64,000 bases of DNA from a bacterium. Lineage in GTDB: Bacteria > Electryoneota > RPQS01. The notes below the pieces were generated by a model, which saw nothing but the letters and a program-made list of their open reading frames with translations, was not told where the DNA came from and made no database searches. Each line of letters starts with the position of its first letter. Positions within the stretch are counted from its first letter, which is position 1. This document shows positions 1 to 10,403 of this stretch, in pieces. The stretch lies in NCBI GenBank assembly GCA_023382385.1, contig JAHDVH010000001.1, positions 900,850 to 964,849 of the forward strand, in the 5' to 3' direction. A program made the position numbers and the translations under genes.

Positions 1-2024
1 TTGTCTCCGCGACGGATTATCACGTGCGGCCGGATGCTTTCGGGCCGTCCAATCGGGGCATCCACCTTCCGCAGGTCACCACCGATTTTGACGGTGAACC
101 GCGCGACAGTGTTCCCGACCTCGGAGCCGACGAATACAACTACCTTCCCGCGATTGTTGACATCGCGGTGAATGCGCTGGAACTTGAGACGCTTCCGTTG
201 CCGTCCGGCGCGACAACCACCGTGTATGCGATGGTTGAGAATGTCGGTCAGCTTTTCGCACCCTTAGTTTCCGCAGAGCTTCGTTATGAAGGCGTTGTCC
301 TCGGTATGCAGACGATCGATCTGCCTGCCGGCGAAGTGCGTGAATTGACGTGGGAATGGGATGTGCCCGAGAGCTCACTGATGTTCGGTTCGCTTGAGGT
401 CAGCGTTTCGACCGCGGGCGATGCCGTTCCGTTCAACAACACGCAGACACGCAGCGTGGTTATTGCCGGTGTTTCGCTGTCAGGACAAGTTTTGGTGGGT
501 GCAGGCGGCCAATTCCCGTCACTCAGTCAACTTGCGGCTCATCTGAAGTGGCGTGGGATATCAGCAGACGTGACCGTCGGGATATTGCCCGGCACGTACA
601 CTGAGAAGGCAACGTTTGATGCGATTCCCGGTGCCGGCGTGCAGGGCCGCGTGATGATCCTGCCGGCACTGCCGAACACTGTGACACTGACGGCCGCTAA
701 CTCCTCATGTGTGCTGGAGCTTCGCGGGACGGAGTATCTCGAGTTTCGCGATCTTAATATCCAGACTGGCGCAGGCACGTCCATGGGCGTGCGGCTGTTT
801 TCCGGTGCGAGTTACAACGTCTTTTCGAACTGCACGGTAAGCGGCCCGGGTGAAGAGAATCTGGGCGGCGTCGGGTTGCAAGTGCTGGGAACGGGCTGCC
901 TCGGGAATGTGGTCGAACAATGCGACATCTCCAATTTCTATACGGGTGTCTCGCTGACGGGAAGCAATTACGATCTTTCGCGGGACAATCAAGTGAAGTT
1001 ATGCCGCATCACCGACGCCTATTACGGAGTTTGGCTGGATCACCAGCGGGACGTGCAGGTGTATGGCAATGAGATTCTTCCCGGGTCATCAACGGGACCA
1101 GCGAACGCGTGCTACGGGATTTACATCTTGCAGCTTGGGACGGGAGGATCCGCGCGCATCGAGGGGAACAGGATTCACGGGTTCCGCGATTCATCCGGTC
1201 CGCGATCGAATCGCGCGTCTGGAGTCTACTCTGCGCCGGGCTTGAACGCATCCGTCGACATCGTGAACAATTTCATTTACGGTTTCGGCAATCTGGTCAC
1301 GCTGCGAGTGCGCGCAATCTATTTGTCAAGCGGTGAACACTTTGTGGCCAACAACTCGATTCATTTAGACGACACGCCGGCCAACAACGACATGTCGGGG
1401 ATTTTCATTTCGACGGGTGCGGAACACGAGCTTTACAATAATTGCATCGTCACCTACGAGAGCAACGTGCCCGCCTACGGACTTGAGTTGCAAAGCGGAG
1501 CCGCGGCGCTCTCAGACTTCAATTGTTTGTGGGGTAATTCAACGCAGTTCAAGGCGGCGATTTCCGCGGGAACGGTTTACCAGACGTTGGGCCAATGGCA
1601 GACCACGGGACAAGACGCAAACAGTATCGCTGCACGTCCAAGGTATGTTTCGGCCACCGACTTACATTTGATGAACGACGATACTGTCTGCTACGATTCG
1701 GGAATTTCGCTGCCGGAGGTCACTCTGGATATTGACGGTGAGTCACGGGCACCTCGGCCCTGTATTGGCGCGGACGAGATCTTTCCATCGAATTCAATCG
1801 GCCCGCCGGTCGGCTTGACGATTGTCTGTGTGGATGGAGCGGAATACACGCTGTCGTGGGAAGCAGTGCCGAGCGCAAGGCTGTATCATGTTTACGCCGC
1901 CGAAAGCCACGAGGAGTTGCAGACTTCACCGTATGAACTTGGGGTGACAGAGGATTCTTTCCTGACGGTGAGATTGGAAGAGTTTGGTCCTGCAAAGCTG
2001 TTCTTCCACGTTCGCGCGCAATAA
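1..2024 (+). CDS. secreted right-handed beta-helix repeat protein with CARDB-like and FN3-like segments (5' end outside window)
   Basis: Frame is open from nt 3 (VSATDYHV...), so the GTG at 24 is internal. CARDB-like segment (NALELETLPLPSGATTTVYAMVENVG), many short beta-helix turns (NCTVSG, NRIHGF, NNFIYG, NNCIV), FN3-like C-terminus. Stop at 2022-2024. Confidence 0.6.
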   Translation, partial: VSATDYHVRPDAFGPSNRGIHLPQVTTDFDGEPRDSVPDLGADEYNYLPAIVDIAVNALELETLPLPSGATTTVYAMVENVGQLFAPLVSAELRYEGVVLGMQTIDLPAGEVRELTWEWDVPESSLMFGSLEVSVSTAGDAVPFNNTQTRSVVIAGVSLSGQVLVGAGGQFPSLSQLAAHLKWRGISADVTVGILPGTYTEKATFDAIPGAGVQGRVMILPALPNTVTLTAANSSCVLELRGTEYLEFRDLNIQTGAGTSMGVRLFSGASYNVFSNCTVSGPGEENLGGVGLQVLGTGCLGNVVEQCDISNFYTGVSLTGSNYDLSRDNQVKLCRITDAYYGVWLDHQRDVQVYGNEILPGSSTGPANACYGIYILQLGTGGSARIEGNRIHGFRDSSGPRSNRASGVYSAPGLNASVDIVNNFIYGFGNLVTLRVRAIYLSSGEHFVANNSIHLDDTPANNDMSGIFISTGAEHELYNNCIVTYESNVPAYGLELQSGAAALSDFNCLWGNSTQFKAAISAGTVYQTLGQWQTTGQDANSIAARPRYVSATDLHLMNDDTVCYDSGISLPEVTLDIDGESRAPRPCIGADEIFPSNSIGPPVGLTIVCVDGAEYTLSWEAVPSARLYHVYAAESHEELQTSPYELGVTEDSFLTVRLEEFGPAKLFFHVRAQ

Positions 2025-2044
2025 AACGAGTTTCACTTGCGTGA

Positions 2045-2075
2045 AAAGGCCGCCCGAAAGAGCGGCCTTTATTTA
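2045..2075. terminator. bidirectional intrinsic terminator
   Basis: Hairpin aaaggccgc/ccgaaaga/gcggccttt followed by a T-rich tail, between convergent genes. Confidence 0.7.
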
Positions 2076-2093
2076 TGCCGAGCTTTTCGAAGC

Positions 2094-2930
2094 TTACTGA
2101 TAGACCAAGAGGGGGACGCTGCCGAACTCAAGAAGTTTTTCAGTTGCCGAGTGGCTCAAGAAGTCAGCGAGCCACCCCTCCCGGACGGACCCTATGACGA
2201 TCAGTGGATCGGGATAGTGCTGCGTTTCATTCTTGAGGACGCTGGCCATCTCGCCTTCGCGCCGCGCAATGTCGACCGGTAGTCCATATGCCTGGACATA
2301 GCGTGCTGCAAGTTCGAGCCGCTGTTTGGACAATTCACTTTCCATGTCGACAGTGACGAGCACTACTTTTGAGACAATCGGGGAGAGATTGTGCAGATGC
2401 AGCAGCGCGGACAGTGCCCTGCCGCTGTATTTGTCGCCTTGGTAGTTCACAAGAGCAGTCTGGCGCGGGGTCCAGTTTTCGGTGACGGCCAAGACAGGCG
2501 TAATCGGATGCTTGACAAGTCGGAGGACGGTATCGCCCGGTTCGCTTTGTGTTTCGAAGTGGAAGAAAGTGCGCACCCCGACGACAATCAAGTCGGCGGT
2601 TTTGGCATATTCGAGGAGCGCGCGGAACGGCACGCCGATTTCATGCGCGATTTCATAGGGGACACCGGCGGCCTGGCAGGCTTGCGCGAAATCAGAGAGG
2701 AACTCTTTTGTGCGGGCGGTAGCACTGGCGAGGTGTTCTTCAATGATTTTTCGTGAATAATAAATTGAGCCAAGTCCTGCGCCAGTTTCGGCACTTTCAA
2801 TACCGGGCAAGTCAATGACGGCGACACCGATGACTGTTCCTCCGCAGGCAGCGGCCCGGCTGAGCGCGGCGGAAATGGCCGCGTTGGAATAGGTCGAGCC
2901 ATCCAGCCCGACGACGATTCGCTTGCTCAT
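2094..2930 (-). CDS. tandem universal stress protein (UspA-family) domains
   Basis: KRIVVGLDGSTYS... N-terminus and a second USP-like half. Start moved to ATG 2930, which has GGAG 5 nt upstream. The ORF-track start at 2969 lacks an SD. Confidence 0.75.
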   Translation of the reverse strand: MSKRIVVGLDGSTYSNAAISAALSRAAACGGTVIGVAVIDLPGIESAETGAGLGSIYYSRKIIEEHLASATARTKEFLSDFAQACQAAGVPYEIAHEIGVPFRALLEYAKTADLIVVGVRTFFHFETQSEPGDTVLRLVKHPITPVLAVTENWTPRQTALVNYQGDKYSGRALSALLHLHNLSPIVSKVVLVTVDMESELSKQRLELAARYVQAYGLPVDIARREGEMASVLKNETQHYPDPLIVIGSVREGWLADFLSHSATEKLLEFGSVPLLVYQ

Positions 2931-3047
2931 GGGGACTCCAGACTTTCCTGAATTTTCTGAAGATACCATTCTGGAGCGACATCGTCAACTCCCTTGCCGC
3001 TCGCGCGGGATTTGCGTATTTTGTCAGGATGACAAACGGAGGACCTG

Positions 3048-4610
3048 ATGAGCTATTCCAAAACTGACCAGAACGGTCAGGCTTACTTCACGCGGCGGCT
3101 GGTGGACTGTCTGGCGGATTGTCCACGGGAGCAGGTGCCAACCCGCGACGAGGTGGATGAGCGGCGGTTTATGGAGCGGCTGCGCGCAGGTGTGCTCGGC
3201 AACGGGATTGAAATTGAGACTCCATACGGGCGTAAACCGCTGAGGTATTTTGACTTCATCGCATCGGGCAGATTTCATCGCGATGTGGAAGAGGAAATTG
3301 CGGAGCGGGTGTTGCCGTATATGGCAAATACGCACACGGAAAGCTCTTTTACAGGGCGGCACATGACGCGTCTGTTTGAAAACGCGTTTTGTCGAATTGC
3401 CCGCTATATGAACGCGAGCGAGGATGATGTTGTGATTCCGGTGGGTTCGGGGTCGACGGGAACGATCAACCGGTTGATTCACGTGTTGGGATTAAGACTT
3501 CCGGATCAGCTTGACGAGAAGTATCATTTGCGAAGCCACATTCCAGAGGACGACCGGCCGGTAGTATTTCGCTCGCTGATGGAGCATCATTCGAACGACA
3601 TCTGCTGGCGGGAAACGATCGCGGAAACGGTCTATGTAGACTTGAACGAGCACGGCTGTATCTGTCCGAATGATTTGGCGGAAAAGATGCAGAGCTATAA
3701 GCATCGCAAGGTCAAGTATGGAACGTTCAGCGCGGCATCCAATGTGACAGGGATTCTGAACGATTGTCATGCGTTGGCGCGGGTGCTGCACGAGCACGGG
3801 GCATACGCGTTTTTTGACTTTGCTGCAGCGGGGCCGTATGTGGAGATTGATATGCATCCGCAGGGCGATCCGCTGGGATATTACGACGCGGTGTTTTTGT
3901 CGGTGCATAAGTTTCTGGGAGGGCCGCGCACGCCGGGGATATTGGTGGCGAACAAACGGTTGTTTACGAATCGGGTTCCGGCAGAACCCGGCGGCGGGAC
4001 GGTGCTCTACACGTCGCCGTGGGATCACCGCTATTTGTCGTCAATCGCGCAACGCGAGACGGGCGGGACTCCGCCGATTGTGCAGAGTATTCAGGCGGGG
4101 TTGGCGTTCGATTTGAAAGCAGCGATGGGAACGGAACGGATTCAGCGCATCGAGCACGATTACATGACACGAGCGTTGAAGGAGTGGCTGCATAACGATC
4201 AGATTTTGATTCTTGGCTTGACGGATGCCAAGCGGCTCGGGGTGTTCAGTGTCATCTTCAAGGACTTGCATCACAACTTAGCTGCGGCGTTGTTTAACGA
4301 TCTATTCGGGATTCAGGTGCGTGGCGGGTGCATGTGCGCGGGTCCTTACGGGCATCTGCTGCTGCATATTGAGCAGAGTCACTCAAGCGAAATTCGCAAG
4401 CGGCTGGATCACGGTCACATTGGCGAGAAGCCGGGTTGGGTGCGGATCAGTTTATCGCCGACGGTCAGCGAGGAAGAGTTTCAGGTGCTGCTGGAAGCGG
4501 TCGAGCACATCAGCAGGCACGGGAAGCGCTACGAATCGCAATACAGGCTGGTGGATGACACGGGAGAGTGGGTGTGCGAGGGCTGCGGGGTGACCGCTAA
4601 CCAACAGTGA
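3048..4610 (+). CDS. aminotransferase class V-fold PLP-dependent enzyme (cysteine desulfurase-like family)
   Basis: 520-aa ORF with a PLP-lysine context SVHKFLGGPRTPG and HHSN motif. GGAGG lies 5 nt before the ATG. Confidence 0.7.
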   Translation: MSYSKTDQNGQAYFTRRLVDCLADCPREQVPTRDEVDERRFMERLRAGVLGNGIEIETPYGRKPLRYFDFIASGRFHRDVEEEIAERVLPYMANTHTESSFTGRHMTRLFENAFCRIARYMNASEDDVVIPVGSGSTGTINRLIHVLGLRLPDQLDEKYHLRSHIPEDDRPVVFRSLMEHHSNDICWRETIAETVYVDLNEHGCICPNDLAEKMQSYKHRKVKYGTFSAASNVTGILNDCHALARVLHEHGAYAFFDFAAAGPYVEIDMHPQGDPLGYYDAVFLSVHKFLGGPRTPGILVANKRLFTNRVPAEPGGGTVLYTSPWDHRYLSSIAQRETGGTPPIVQSIQAGLAFDLKAAMGTERIQRIEHDYMTRALKEWLHNDQILILGLTDAKRLGVFSVIFKDLHHNLAAALFNDLFGIQVRGGCMCAGPYGHLLLHIEQSHSSEIRKRLDHGHIGEKPGWVRISLSPTVSEEEFQVLLEAVEHISRHGKRYESQYRLVDDTGEWVCEGCGVTANQQ

Positions 4611-4660
4611 TTGCGTCCGCCTGCCAGCGTGGCAGATTGCGTTTCGCTGACTATTGAGGA

Positions 4661-5089
4661 TTACGGGGTGGCATTGCGTTCTTTGTATAATCGGGATCCC
4701 ACCAGACTCCCTATCAGGAGTTCGGCCAGCCCCCAGACGATGCCGATGACCGTCAATTTGACGGGCATGAAGCCGTAGAAGACGTTGGCGACATTAGGAA
4801 GGAGATTGCCGATTAGCCAGACAATCACGGCGGCAAGAACCGCTGTTTTTGCTTTCGCTTTCAGACGGGGGATAAAGGCCGCGTACAGCCAGACAAGCGT
4901 GAAGCCAAAGGTGAGCGACACGAACACGAAGTAAGCCATAGCGCCATGACTAAGCGGGGGCAGGTTGAAGCGGGCGAGTGCCAAGGTCATCTGGTCACCA
5001 ACGACTGGAAGCATGGTCGCTCCGCTTGCCATGATAAGCAGGCCGGCGACCAATCCACCGAGGGCGACGCGCCGTAAATTGATTGACAT
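4661..5089 (-). CDS. small integral membrane protein (4 predicted TM helices)
   Basis: Hydrophobic helices LGGLVAGLLIMASG, AYFVFVSLTFGFTLVWLYAAFI, AVLAAVIVWLIGNLL, VIGIVWGLAELLIGSLVG. Start placed at ATG 5089 (GGAG 7 nt upstream). The extension to 5218 looks non-coding. Confidence 0.5.
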   Translation of the reverse strand: MSINLRRVALGGLVAGLLIMASGATMLPVVGDQMTLALARFNLPPLSHGAMAYFVFVSLTFGFTLVWLYAAFIPRLKAKAKTAVLAAVIVWLIGNLLPNVANVFYGFMPVKLTVIGIVWGLAELLIGSLVGSRLYKERNATP

Positions 5090-5647
5090 TATTGGTCTCC
5101 GAAGCGAAGGAGGTGTTTTTGCCATGTGAGGCAACGGGTCGTCTGCAGACTTGGACTCACATACCCCGAGGATACTTTCGAGGTTCTGCGCGAGACGATA
5201 GGTTCTTGCTGATTCCAACCGCTTGTCGGTCTGGGCGGTCCGGTTGAACTTTCTGCCGGAAGTCTCGGTTGGAGATTTTGGTGGTTAGCTGTGCTTAATA
5301 TACGACGTTTTGCGGAGCATGTCAAGGGATTTTGTATTATTTATTGTTATTTAATGCAAAGTATTGTTTGATATTTGTTTGTTAAGGGAGCCTCGGAGCC
5401 TTTTGTTGAAGTTACGGGGAAGAGGCGCGGGGAGCAAAGGTTACAGGAGGAGGTCGAGCCATCAGCTCGACCTTTGTTCTTAATTGCAAAGAGGTTACTT
5501 CGGCAAGAAATGGAGTTCTGGATTTAGAACTAATTATTTGATTGGTAAACTGACAATTCTGTGACAACTTGGGGTGCAAGTTTTTGTATACTTAGGCCAG
5601 ATTGTGGATAAAATAGTCCTTAGTTGGTCTAATTTGGACATTAGAGT

Positions 5648-6724
5648 ATGGATATAGTAGAGTTAGCCAGGCAGCCTGTGAAGAGGCCGATTCCCGGGAC
5701 GACCAAGGGGAAGATGTATAAGGGCTTCTGGACAACGAGGCACGTGGTTCAGTTGTCGTTTGCCGCGCTGAATGTTGCGCTGGGGGTTCAGTTCTATCTG
5801 TTCGTACGTGCCCTGATGCTGGATACAGAGGGGCCGCTTCCCACGCGCCCTGCGGGTGTTGAAGGCTGGCTGCCGATTTCGGGATTGATGGGAGTGATTG
5901 ACTGGGTCGCGCGGGGAGAGTTGAACTTAATACATCCGGCGTCGGCGATTTTGACATTGTGCTTTTTGGCGATTGCCTTTCTTGCGCGGAAATCCTTCTG
6001 CTCGTGGCTGTGCCCGGTCGGAACGATCAGCGAAGGATTGGCGATGCTGGGACGAAAGTTGTTCGGCAGGACTTTTCTACTGCCGCGTTGGCTGGACTAT
6101 CCGCTGATGAGCATCAAGTATATTCTGCTCGGATTGTTTCTGTTTGCCTTTTACATGATGGGTGCCGCGGGCATTGCGGCATTCATGAACAGCCCGTACA
6201 ATCAGATTGCGGATGTGAAGATGCTGTTGTTCTTCGTGGAGATTGGAGTTGTCGGGATTACAGTGCTTGCCGTGCTGATTATCGGGAGTGTGTTTGTAGA
6301 GGGATTCTGGTGCAGGTATCTTTGTCCGTACGGCGCCATGCTGGGATTGGTTTCGTGGGCAAGTCCGCTGAAGATCCGACGGAACATAGAGACGTGTATT
6401 GATTGTGACCGCTGCACAAAGGCTTGCCCCTCGAGACTCCCTGTAGCAACGAAACTGCGAATAATCTCTCCTGAGTGCACAGGTTGTTTGAAGTGCGAGT
6501 CGGTGTGTCCAATTAAGGATTGCATCACGCTGGCTCCCACTCCGCGCACGAAGGTGAATGCGAAGCAGCTTGCTCTGACAATTGCGAGTATCTGGCTGGC
6601 CTTTGTGTTGACGGCGAAGATAGCTGGTGTATGGGAGACGAAGCTGCAGGACGAAGACTATCGTTATCACTATCATCAGCGGGACATGCCGCAATACGGA
6701 CATCCGGGTATGGACGGTAAATAG
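5648..6724 (+). CDS. NapH/MauN/NosR-type membrane-bound polyferredoxin (4Fe-4S binding protein)
   Basis: TM helices, two CxxxCP half motifs (CSWLCPVG, WCRYLCPYG) and two ferredoxin motifs (CIDCDRCTKACP, CTGCLKCESVCP). Confidence 0.75.
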   Translation: MDIVELARQPVKRPIPGTTKGKMYKGFWTTRHVVQLSFAALNVALGVQFYLFVRALMLDTEGPLPTRPAGVEGWLPISGLMGVIDWVARGELNLIHPASAILTLCFLAIAFLARKSFCSWLCPVGTISEGLAMLGRKLFGRTFLLPRWLDYPLMSIKYILLGLFLFAFYMMGAAGIAAFMNSPYNQIADVKMLLFFVEIGVVGITVLAVLIIGSVFVEGFWCRYLCPYGAMLGLVSWASPLKIRRNIETCIDCDRCTKACPSRLPVATKLRIISPECTGCLKCESVCPIKDCITLAPTPRTKVNAKQLALTIASIWLAFVLTAKIAGVWETKLQDEDYRYHYHQRDMPQYGHPGMDGK

Positions 6725-6752
6725 TCAGCGGAAGATTGCGGAAGGTCAGTGC

Positions 6753-6786
6753 AGAGCCGGAGAAATCTCCGGCTCTTTGATTATTG
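6753..6786 (+). terminator. intrinsic terminator
   Basis: agagccggag/aaat/ctccggctct hairpin followed by ttgattatt. Confidence 0.7.
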
Positions 6787-6890
6787 AAAGAATCGTGCTA
6801 TATTGGCGCGATCGAACAGATTGATATTCCATCAAGTTCAAAAGAACAAGGAACAGGTAGTTACATCACATCACGTCAGGGGAGAAGAAC

Positions 6891-8519
6891 ATGAACGGTG
6901 TCAGAATAGCAGCGAGCATTGTACTCGCAACAGTAGTCTTTTGCGCGAGACCGGCAAATTCAGTAGAGCTGAGAGAGAGTTTGAGAGGCTTCGGGAGAAA
7001 AGTCACAACTGAGTCGAAGGATGCGCAGACGTGGTTCGATCAGGGATTCACGTTGTATTTTTCGTATCATCAGGATGCAGCGATTCCGAGTTTTGCGAAG
7101 GCTTACGAACTGGACACGACGTGCACGATGGCATTGTGGGGAATGGCATTAACCGCCGGGCCGCACATTAACAATCCAGCGATGGACAGCACACAAGCGA
7201 AGCTGGCATACGAATCGGTGACCAAAGCGGCAGCGCGGACGGCGCACTTGACGGATGTGGAGAATGATTTGATCGAGGCGCTGACGCATCGGTATGCGTG
7301 GCCGCAGCCAGCGGATCAGATGCCACTAAATGCGGCTTATGCGAACGCGATGCGGGAGGTCTGGGAAAAGTATCCTGCGGACGTGGATGTGGGGGTGTTT
7401 TTTGCAGACGCAATGATGAATTTGCGCCCGTGGGATTTGTGGACTGCGGAGGGCGAGATGCAGCCGGGGACGGAAGAAATTATCACGACGCTGGAGCGTT
7501 GTCTGGCGATGGACCCGCGGCATCCGGGCGCATGTCACTTCTATATTCACACGATGGAAGCGTCGCCGGCTCCTGAGAAAGCCTTGCCTGCGGCGGATTC
7601 GCTTCGACACAGGATACCGGGCGCGGGTCACCTGGTCCATATGCCATCTCACATAGACATACGTCTGGGACGGTATGAAGATGCGATATTGGCGAATCAG
7701 CGGGCGATTGAAGCAGACAAGCCATATGTGGAGAACGTGGACTTTTTCACAGTTTATCGGGTGCACAACTGGCACTTCCTTACATATGGAGCGATGTTTG
7801 AGGGACGCAGGCAGCTTGCCATGGAGGCGGCGCGCAACGCAGTCGCACAGATGAACATGGATTTGGTGCGCGCTTTTCCGGACTTTCTGGACGCGTTTCT
7901 AGCTGTCCCATATCACGTGATGGTGCGATTCGGGTTGTGGGATGAGATCTTGAAGGAAGCCGCGCCGCCGGAAGACATGCTCGCGGCCATGGCTTTCTGG
8001 CACTATGCTCGGACAGTGGCGTATGCGGCAACTGGACGAGTAGCCGAAGGAGACGCAGAGTTTGCAAAGCTTAAGACGGCCTGCGAGAAGATTCCGGAAA
8101 GCAGACTGTTGGGCAACAACGCGGTGAATGTCATCGCGGAAATCGGTTTGGCGTTAGCTGAAGGAGAATTGGAATACCGGAAGGGGAGCTACGAGAAAGC
8201 CTTCGCTCTGCTGCGCACGGCGGTTGAGAAGGATGAGAAGCTGAAGTATGACGAACCGTGGGGATGGATGATGCCTGCGTCGCACGCGCTCGGAGCATTG
8301 CTGCTCGAGCAGGGGCATTTTGAGGAAGCGGAGCAGGTTTATTTAGCAGACTTGGAGCGGCATCCGGAGAATGGGTGGGCCCTGCTCGGCCTGAAGGAAT
8401 GTCAAAACAAGACTGGCAGAAGCGCGCAGGCGGCGGAGACCGAAAAGCGGTTTAGTAAGTCGTGGGAGCGCTCGGACATCAAGATAAAAGCATCGTGTTT
8501 CTGCAGCAAGGGAATGTAG
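6891..8519 (+). CDS. secreted TPR-like helical repeat protein
   Basis: Signal peptide MNGVRIAASIVLATVVFCARPANS. All-helical repeat composition. GGGGAG lies upstream of the ATG. Family not recognised beyond TPR-like. Confidence 0.5.
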   Translation: MNGVRIAASIVLATVVFCARPANSVELRESLRGFGRKVTTESKDAQTWFDQGFTLYFSYHQDAAIPSFAKAYELDTTCTMALWGMALTAGPHINNPAMDSTQAKLAYESVTKAAARTAHLTDVENDLIEALTHRYAWPQPADQMPLNAAYANAMREVWEKYPADVDVGVFFADAMMNLRPWDLWTAEGEMQPGTEEIITTLERCLAMDPRHPGACHFYIHTMEASPAPEKALPAADSLRHRIPGAGHLVHMPSHIDIRLGRYEDAILANQRAIEADKPYVENVDFFTVYRVHNWHFLTYGAMFEGRRQLAMEAARNAVAQMNMDLVRAFPDFLDAFLAVPYHVMVRFGLWDEILKEAAPPEDMLAAMAFWHYARTVAYAATGRVAEGDAEFAKLKTACEKIPESRLLGNNAVNVIAEIGLALAEGELEYRKGSYEKAFALLRTAVEKDEKLKYDEPWGWMMPASHALGALLLEQGHFEEAEQVYLADLERHPENGWALLGLKECQNKTGRSAQAAETEKRFSKSWERSDIKIKASCFCSKGM

Positions 8520-8550
8520 AGCAGCTCGACTGAGGTTGAAGAGAAGGGAA

Positions 8551-8584
8551 CAGAACGGGGCACGCGCAGGCGTGCCCCGTTCTG
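8551..8584. terminator. bidirectional intrinsic terminator
   Basis: 14-bp GC-rich stem cagaacggggcacgc/gcgtgccccgttctg between convergent genes. Confidence 0.7.
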
Positions 8585-8614
8585 CTATGAGCAGCGACTA
8601 CGCGCTGCCTTGAA

Positions 8615-9601
8615 TCACACGAAGAGGTGAATAAAGAGGCAGACGAGGGCGCCGACTATCGCTGCGGCGGGAATGGTGAGAATCCACGCGATGACAATAT
8701 TGCCAGCAAGTCCCCAGCGGACGGCTGACGCGCGGCGCGTGGCACCAACGCCCATGACTGCACCGCTGATTGTGTGCGTGGTGCTAACGGCGATACCGGA
8801 GAACGCGGTGATCAGAAGCGTGATGGCACCGGCAGTTTCGGCGCAGAAGCCTCCGGCAGGTTTCAACTTTGTAATCTTCTGGCCGAGGGTTTTGACAATG
8901 CGCCATCCGCCGAAGAGTGTTCCCAATGCAATCGCGGAGTGTGACAGCAGGATAACCCAGAAGGGAACTTCAAAAGTGTCCAGCACACCTGCGGTGACGA
9001 GCAGTCCGGTAATGACGCCCATCGTTTTCTGTGCATCGTTCGTGCCGTGTCCGAGACTGTAGGCCGCGGCGGAAACAAGTTGCAGTCTGCGGAAGGCTCG
9101 ATTGACATTTGAACCGCGACGTTTGTGGAACAGCCACATCACGATAGCCATGAAGGAGAAACCCAATACCATTCCCATCAGTGGCGCAACAGCGATGAAG
9201 ATGAGAGTGTTGGTCCAGCCGGAGTAGAGAATGGAATCGAATCCGGCGTGCGCGATGGCGGCTCCCGCATATCCGCCCATCAGGGCATGGGAAGAGCTTG
9301 ACGGGATGCCGAAATACCACGTAATGAGATTCCATGTGATGGCGCCGCACAACCCAGAGAGAATCACGAACTCGTTGACGGCGGACAGTTCAATCAGGCC
9401 TTTTCCGATGGTCTTGGCGATATGGACATCGAAGAGAAAGGCTGCAGCCATGTTGAAGAAAGCGGCCCACATCACGGCCTTGCGCGGCGTCAGAACACGC
9501 GTTGAAACGATCGTGGCGATGGAGTTTGCGGAGTCGTGAAAACCGTTGAGGAAATCGAAGATCAACGCCACGACAATGATGGAGATGACAAGAAGTGTCA
9601 T
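8615..9601 (-). CDS. pit: inorganic phosphate transporter, PiT (PHO4) family
   Basis: Signatures GFHDSANSIAT and GTNDAQKTMG with many TM helices. Start set to ATG 9601 (MTLLVISIIV...), 10 nt after the stop of the upstream DUF47 gene. Confidence 0.9.
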   Translation of the reverse strand: MTLLVISIIVVALIFDFLNGFHDSANSIATIVSTRVLTPRKAVMWAAFFNMAAAFLFDVHIAKTIGKGLIELSAVNEFVILSGLCGAITWNLITWYFGIPSSSSHALMGGYAGAAIAHAGFDSILYSGWTNTLIFIAVAPLMGMVLGFSFMAIVMWLFHKRRGSNVNRAFRRLQLVSAAAYSLGHGTNDAQKTMGVITGLLVTAGVLDTFEVPFWVILLSHSAIALGTLFGGWRIVKTLGQKITKLKPAGGFCAETAGAITLLITAFSGIAVSTTHTISGAVMGVGATRRASAVRWGLAGNIVIAWILTIPAAAIVGALVCLFIHLFV

Positions 9602-9611
9602 GGCCGCGGCT

Positions 9612-10256
9612 TCAGGCGTGCTTGATGAGCAGGGTTTCGAGGACGTTGGCAACATCTTCACAACGGTCTGTTGCAGTTTCCAACGTCACAAAGACTTCCT
9701 TTAGTTTGATGATCTCAATCGGGTTGCTGACCTGTTCAAACAGATTTGCAATGGCACGCTCAAAAATGTTGTCGGCCAGATTCTCAAACTCATTGATGCG
9801 CTCGATAACAGAACGAAGTTCATTCGGTTTGGCCATGCGCCGCAGAAGGTGCACGCCTCGTTCCACTTCCGTGACTGAGGAATGCAGACACTCGATCAGC
9901 TTGACCATATCGGGAGGACAGACGCCAATTTTGTAGAGTACTAATCGGCCTGCGCCGCCGTCAATGTTGTCAAGGATGTCATCGAGCGAGGACGCCAGCA
10001 AGTGGATGTCTTCGGGGTCGATCGGTGTGACAAAGGTGCCGTTGAGTTCGGAGAAGATACGGTGCGTCACCGAATCCCCCATGTGCTCAAGACTTTTGAT
10101 CCGCTCGACGATCGCAATCCGCTCTTCGGGTGCAGCTGCGGGCAGAGTCAGAAGAGCCTCGGAAGCAAGGAAGATATTGTGAGCGGATTCTTCGAAGAGG
10201 GCAAAGAACTGCTCGTCATGCGGGAGCATGGCTTGGAGGATTCGGTCAAGTCTCAT
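9612..10256 (-). CDS. DUF47/TIGR00153 PhoU-like phosphate transport regulator
   Basis: 214-aa helical protein directly upstream of and co-oriented with PiT, the conserved gene pairing of this family. Confidence 0.75.
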   Translation of the reverse strand: MRLDRILQAMLPHDEQFFALFEESAHNIFLASEALLTLPAAAPEERIAIVERIKSLEHMGDSVTHRIFSELNGTFVTPIDPEDIHLLASSLDDILDNIDGGAGRLVLYKIGVCPPDMVKLIECLHSSVTEVERGVHLLRRMAKPNELRSVIERINEFENLADNIFERAIANLFEQVSNPIEIIKLKEVFVTLETATDRCEDVANVLETLLIKHA

Positions 10257-10403
10257 ATGGGAGTAGTTTCTTGGTTCGGAGCGTGAACGGCGGTACGGGG
10301 CTGGGGTGGCCGGAACGAATCAAGGGCCGAAGGGTTTTACTTAATCTAAACAAATCTATTTAGCAGCGCAAATCGGGGTTGTAACCAGCGGGGAAAAGTG
10401 GAC

